64,000 nt of DNA from Candidatus Coatesbacteria bacterium (GTDB lineage Bacteria; JAFGND01). The translations under genes were made by a program, and so were the position numbers. Below, piece after piece: positions 61,297-64,000 of the stretch. The stretch is from NCBI GenBank assembly GCA_016927185.1, contig JAFGND010000106.1:310-64309 (forward strand), in the 5' to 3' direction. A model generated the notes under the pieces. The model had not been told where the DNA came from and searched no databases. It saw only the letters and a list, made by a program, of their open reading frames with translations. The first letter of the stretch is position 1, and each line of letters begins with the position of its first letter.

Positions 61297-62129
61297 TACT
61301 TAAGGAACTTCTTGAATCTATAGGAAAGACCAATGTTAAATCCCAGCTCTGGAGGTGGATTGAGACCCCAGGCAAAACCGGCATCAAGATACATTTCTTT
61401 CATAAGCATAATTTTCGCACCAGGAACAATCCTGAATCCAGTCAATGGATAATCCAGATAATTGCTTTTTGATGAACCAACAGCACTTATTCTGAATGAC
61501 ATGGGAGCTTCCGGGAGTACAGTAGTAGTGATAGAATAATTTTCGAAACTGCTTCCCTTGAATTTCTGTCCCTCTACATCAGTCATCTTTGCCCAGCCAT
61601 ATTCAAAATGTGCATCAACCTTGAAAATATCATAGGTTTCTGAGATAGCACAACCTCCTCTCAGGGCTACTTCTCCACCCAGATCCCTGTTTGAATTACC
61701 AGTAGGAAGAGTTAATTGACCAAATACTGATAATCCCATCATATTTTCACTATCTGGATATATCATGAATTTCGCTCCACCGTGCATATCTCCCAAACCC
61801 TTATGGGATTCAATATCCTGATCCTTAGCTTTTCTTATAAGGATTGGAATACTAAGATCTACTTCCATCCAGTTGAACATTCCATAAATGAGATTGGTGT
61901 TGAATCGCATTATATTGAAATCGGGATCTCTTCCCCATACATAGAATTCGAAACCTTCATTCACCATTAAATTTCCATTTGGAAGAACATCAGCAGAAAT
62001 TGTTGTTCCTCTTCCGGTAAAACCACCATAACTAGACTCGTAATACATTGAATATTGTTCGTTTGACTTGTTTTCAGCATGAAGATTTGCTATAAGACAT
62101 ATTAGTGAGAATATAATTATATATTTCAT
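61296..62129 (-). CDS. Exported protein, probable outer-membrane beta-barrel (MetA-pathway/transporter family)
   Basis: Signal peptide, GLGD motif, LTLPTG, alternating beta-strands ending GLSYRF. Confidence 0.55.
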   Translation of the reverse strand: MKYIIIFSLICLIANLHAENKSNEQYSMYYESSYGGFTGRGTTISADVLPNGNLMVNEGFEFYVWGRDPDFNIMRFNTNLIYGMFNWMEVDLSIPILIRKAKDQDIESHKGLGDMHGGAKFMIYPDSENMMGLSVFGQLTLPTGNSNRDLGGEVALRGGCAISETYDIFKVDAHFEYGWAKMTDVEGQKFKGSSFENYSITTTVLPEAPMSFRISAVGSSKSNYLDYPLTGFRIVPGAKIMLMKEMYLDAGFAWGLNPPPELGFNIGLSYRFKKFLK

Positions 62130-62762
62130 AAATAATCTCCTTTCTTCAGGGCAAGATTAATTGTATTGTCTAATTCGTCAACATATTTTTCAAAAAACCA
62201 TTTACAATTCTAATTTTTAACCTAAAGATAAGTTTTTCTTCACTTATTAGTTGTTTATTTGTATTATTCGTAAACAAATGACCTTGATTCATATCTGAAT
62301 TGTATAAATTAATGCTCAGTTGTATTAAATAAGATACATATTTTCTTGCTGTCTCAAAATCATCTCTATATAATATTATGATTTACTTTAAGTTACAATA
62401 TCTACTCCATATGGCATGGTTTTTTCTATATAAAGACAAATGGAAGAATTCAAGTGGATTAGTAAAAATGAATAAAAAATCTTTACACTGGCAGCTGAAT
62501 TCAATTTTTAAAACCAGCAGTTTTGGGGATTGGAAGAGATTTTTCATTAAGAAATACTGTACAATTTTTTCCGGTTTCCCTGTTTATGTGTTTTCTTCTA
62601 TCCCCAATACGCTGGATATAATTGCAGATCTCTCCTTCTCGGGAAGGTCTTTATATAGATCCTTTATCCTCTCTCCTCCTTACTTTTTAAACGTGGGGAT
62701 TAGAAATCCTCACGTCCTTTATTCTTGACATTCTAAACTTATATGATGAACCGTGACTTTAA

Positions 62763-64000
62763 ATGGTTAGACTTTCTTTTTTGCTCTTGCTATGCTTTTT
62801 GTCATCTGCGCTGAAGCCCGATCAAGTTATTCATAATGACCCTAAGATTGTATACCTGAAACGTTTTGTTTATAAAATCGAATATAAGGGTAATACTAAA
62901 ACTTCAAGAAAAGTTCTGGATAATCATATTACAATAAAAGAAGGAGATATCTTCGATGAGAAAAAACTTGCAGAAAGCCTGGAGAAACTGATTGATCTTG
63001 GATATTTTCTTGATGTAAATGTCTCTATTTCATTTGCCAACAATGATAAAAGCAAAATAATAATAACCTTCCTTGTTGAGGAAAAGAGTACTCTGAAAAC
63101 AAATCTTGGAATTGGTTATAATGAGCAAATTGGCCTTACTGGGATGTCCAATATTAATGATAATAATCTTTTTGGTAAAGGTCAGGAAGGCAATCTTGGA
63201 ATAATATATGGAAAAAATGGTCATCAGTTTAACCTTTTTTGGAGAGATCCTGATTTCCTTAATATGCCTATTAATCTTGCTGTCATGCCTTATTATTTGA
63301 ATCAAAAGCTTTGGCAGATGAATTATAATAAAAACAATCAAGAACATACTGATAAATCGTATGAACAGGATAGAAGTTTCAAGATCCAAAGATATGGATT
63401 TAAAGTACCGATATCTATACAGACTGCTTTTGAACCCATGAATTTATTCATATCTCCAAGATTCGAAAACATAAAAACTTTTGATATGAATAAGGATCTT
63501 TCAGAAGAATTGTGGTTTGAACAAGGAAGCGATAAACTCATAACTTATAAAATTGGATTAAGATATTTAACAACAAGTATCAAACATTCAAGATATCCAT
63601 CTTATGTTGAATTGTCAGTAGAAAATTCATCAAAGGAATTAAAAAGCTCATATGAATTCCAAAGATATACATTAAAGGTATCCCAGCAAATAAGTATCAC
63701 TAATAGTATGTATTCGAGAGTATCTCCCAGGATAGGTCTGATATTCGGAAGCCCACCATTTTACGAAAAATACTGGCTTGGAGGTTTAGATTCTATAAGA
63801 GGTTATCAGAGTGGCTGGGTAAATGATACAGGTGAAGGAGGAACAAAATACTGGACAACAGGATTTGAGCTTGGTTATGTTTTCATCGAAAACAAAAAAA
63901 TACTGAAAAGGATGTCAATAATACCTTTTTTTGATATTGGGAAAGTCTGGTCTACAAAAATAAACGATATAACTAAGGATGTAAAGTTTGGTTATGGAAT
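62763..64000 (+). CDS. Omp85/BamA-TamA family outer-membrane protein with a single POTRA domain, 3'-partial (absent from the ORF track)
   Basis: Read directly: signal MVRLSFLLLLCFLSSA, POTRA IEYKGNTKT...LIDLGYF...VEEK, NLFGKGQ, YWLGGLDSIRGY. Confidence 0.85.
   Translation, partial: MVRLSFLLLLCFLSSALKPDQVIHNDPKIVYLKRFVYKIEYKGNTKTSRKVLDNHITIKEGDIFDEKKLAESLEKLIDLGYFLDVNVSISFANNDKSKIIITFLVEEKSTLKTNLGIGYNEQIGLTGMSNINDNNLFGKGQEGNLGIIYGKNGHQFNLFWRDPDFLNMPINLAVMPYYLNQKLWQMNYNKNNQEHTDKSYEQDRSFKIQRYGFKVPISIQTAFEPMNLFISPRFENIKTFDMNKDLSEELWFEQGSDKLITYKIGLRYLTTSIKHSRYPSYVELSVENSSKELKSSYEFQRYTLKVSQQISITNSMYSRVSPRIGLIFGSPPFYEKYWLGGLDSIRGYQSGWVNDTGEGGTKYWTTGFELGYVFIENKKILKRMSIIPFFDIGKVWSTKINDITKDVKFGYG

Noticed and set aside
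62378-62728. 116-aa plus-strand ORF
   Set aside because: No RBS or recognisable motif, and it overlaps the likely promoter of the Omp85 gene
661-63541. Numerous short antisense or overlapping ORFs in the track (e.g. 3163-3639, 5144-5608, 21481-21999, 35554-35994, 36897-37496, 63030-63389)
   Set aside because: They are shadows of well-supported genes on the other strand or frame, with no recognisable motifs

Overview
AT-rich (roughly one-third GC by eye) bacterial chromosome segment from a diderm organism using genetic code 11. Secreted proteins with T9SS/FlgD-type C-terminal sorting domains, an LPS heptose kinase and an Omp85 protein suggest an uncultured FCB-associated lineage (inference). 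Contents: beta-propeller/sorting-domain genes at about 0-2.2 kb and 39.3-40 kb, a B12 radical SAM gene, hrpA-like helicase, nrdJ, a secreted amidase, a surface polysaccharide cluster (12.9-24.8 kb), an orphan DNA methyltransferase, ispH-rpsA-mtaB-aroQ-ribH-nusB-rfaE, a divergent fusA followed by the S10-spc-alpha ribosomal protein superoperon, tRNA-Val(GAC), rpe, an HD-GYP/PilZ protein, cysK and a partial Omp85 gene. No CRISPR array, transposase, integrase or reverse transcriptase was seen. Main leads: (1) a family of secreted propeller proteins built from exact 120-bp repeats with near-constant framework and hypervariable codons, differing copy number (8 vs 3), blocks shared across 38 kb and a mosaic sorting domain; (2) remodelling of both exit-tunnel loops (uL4 and uL22); (3) an EF-G lacking domain IV translocation motifs; (4) an in-frame UGA inside a radical SAM SPASM-like domain; (5) an A9 slippery site joining two ORFs.
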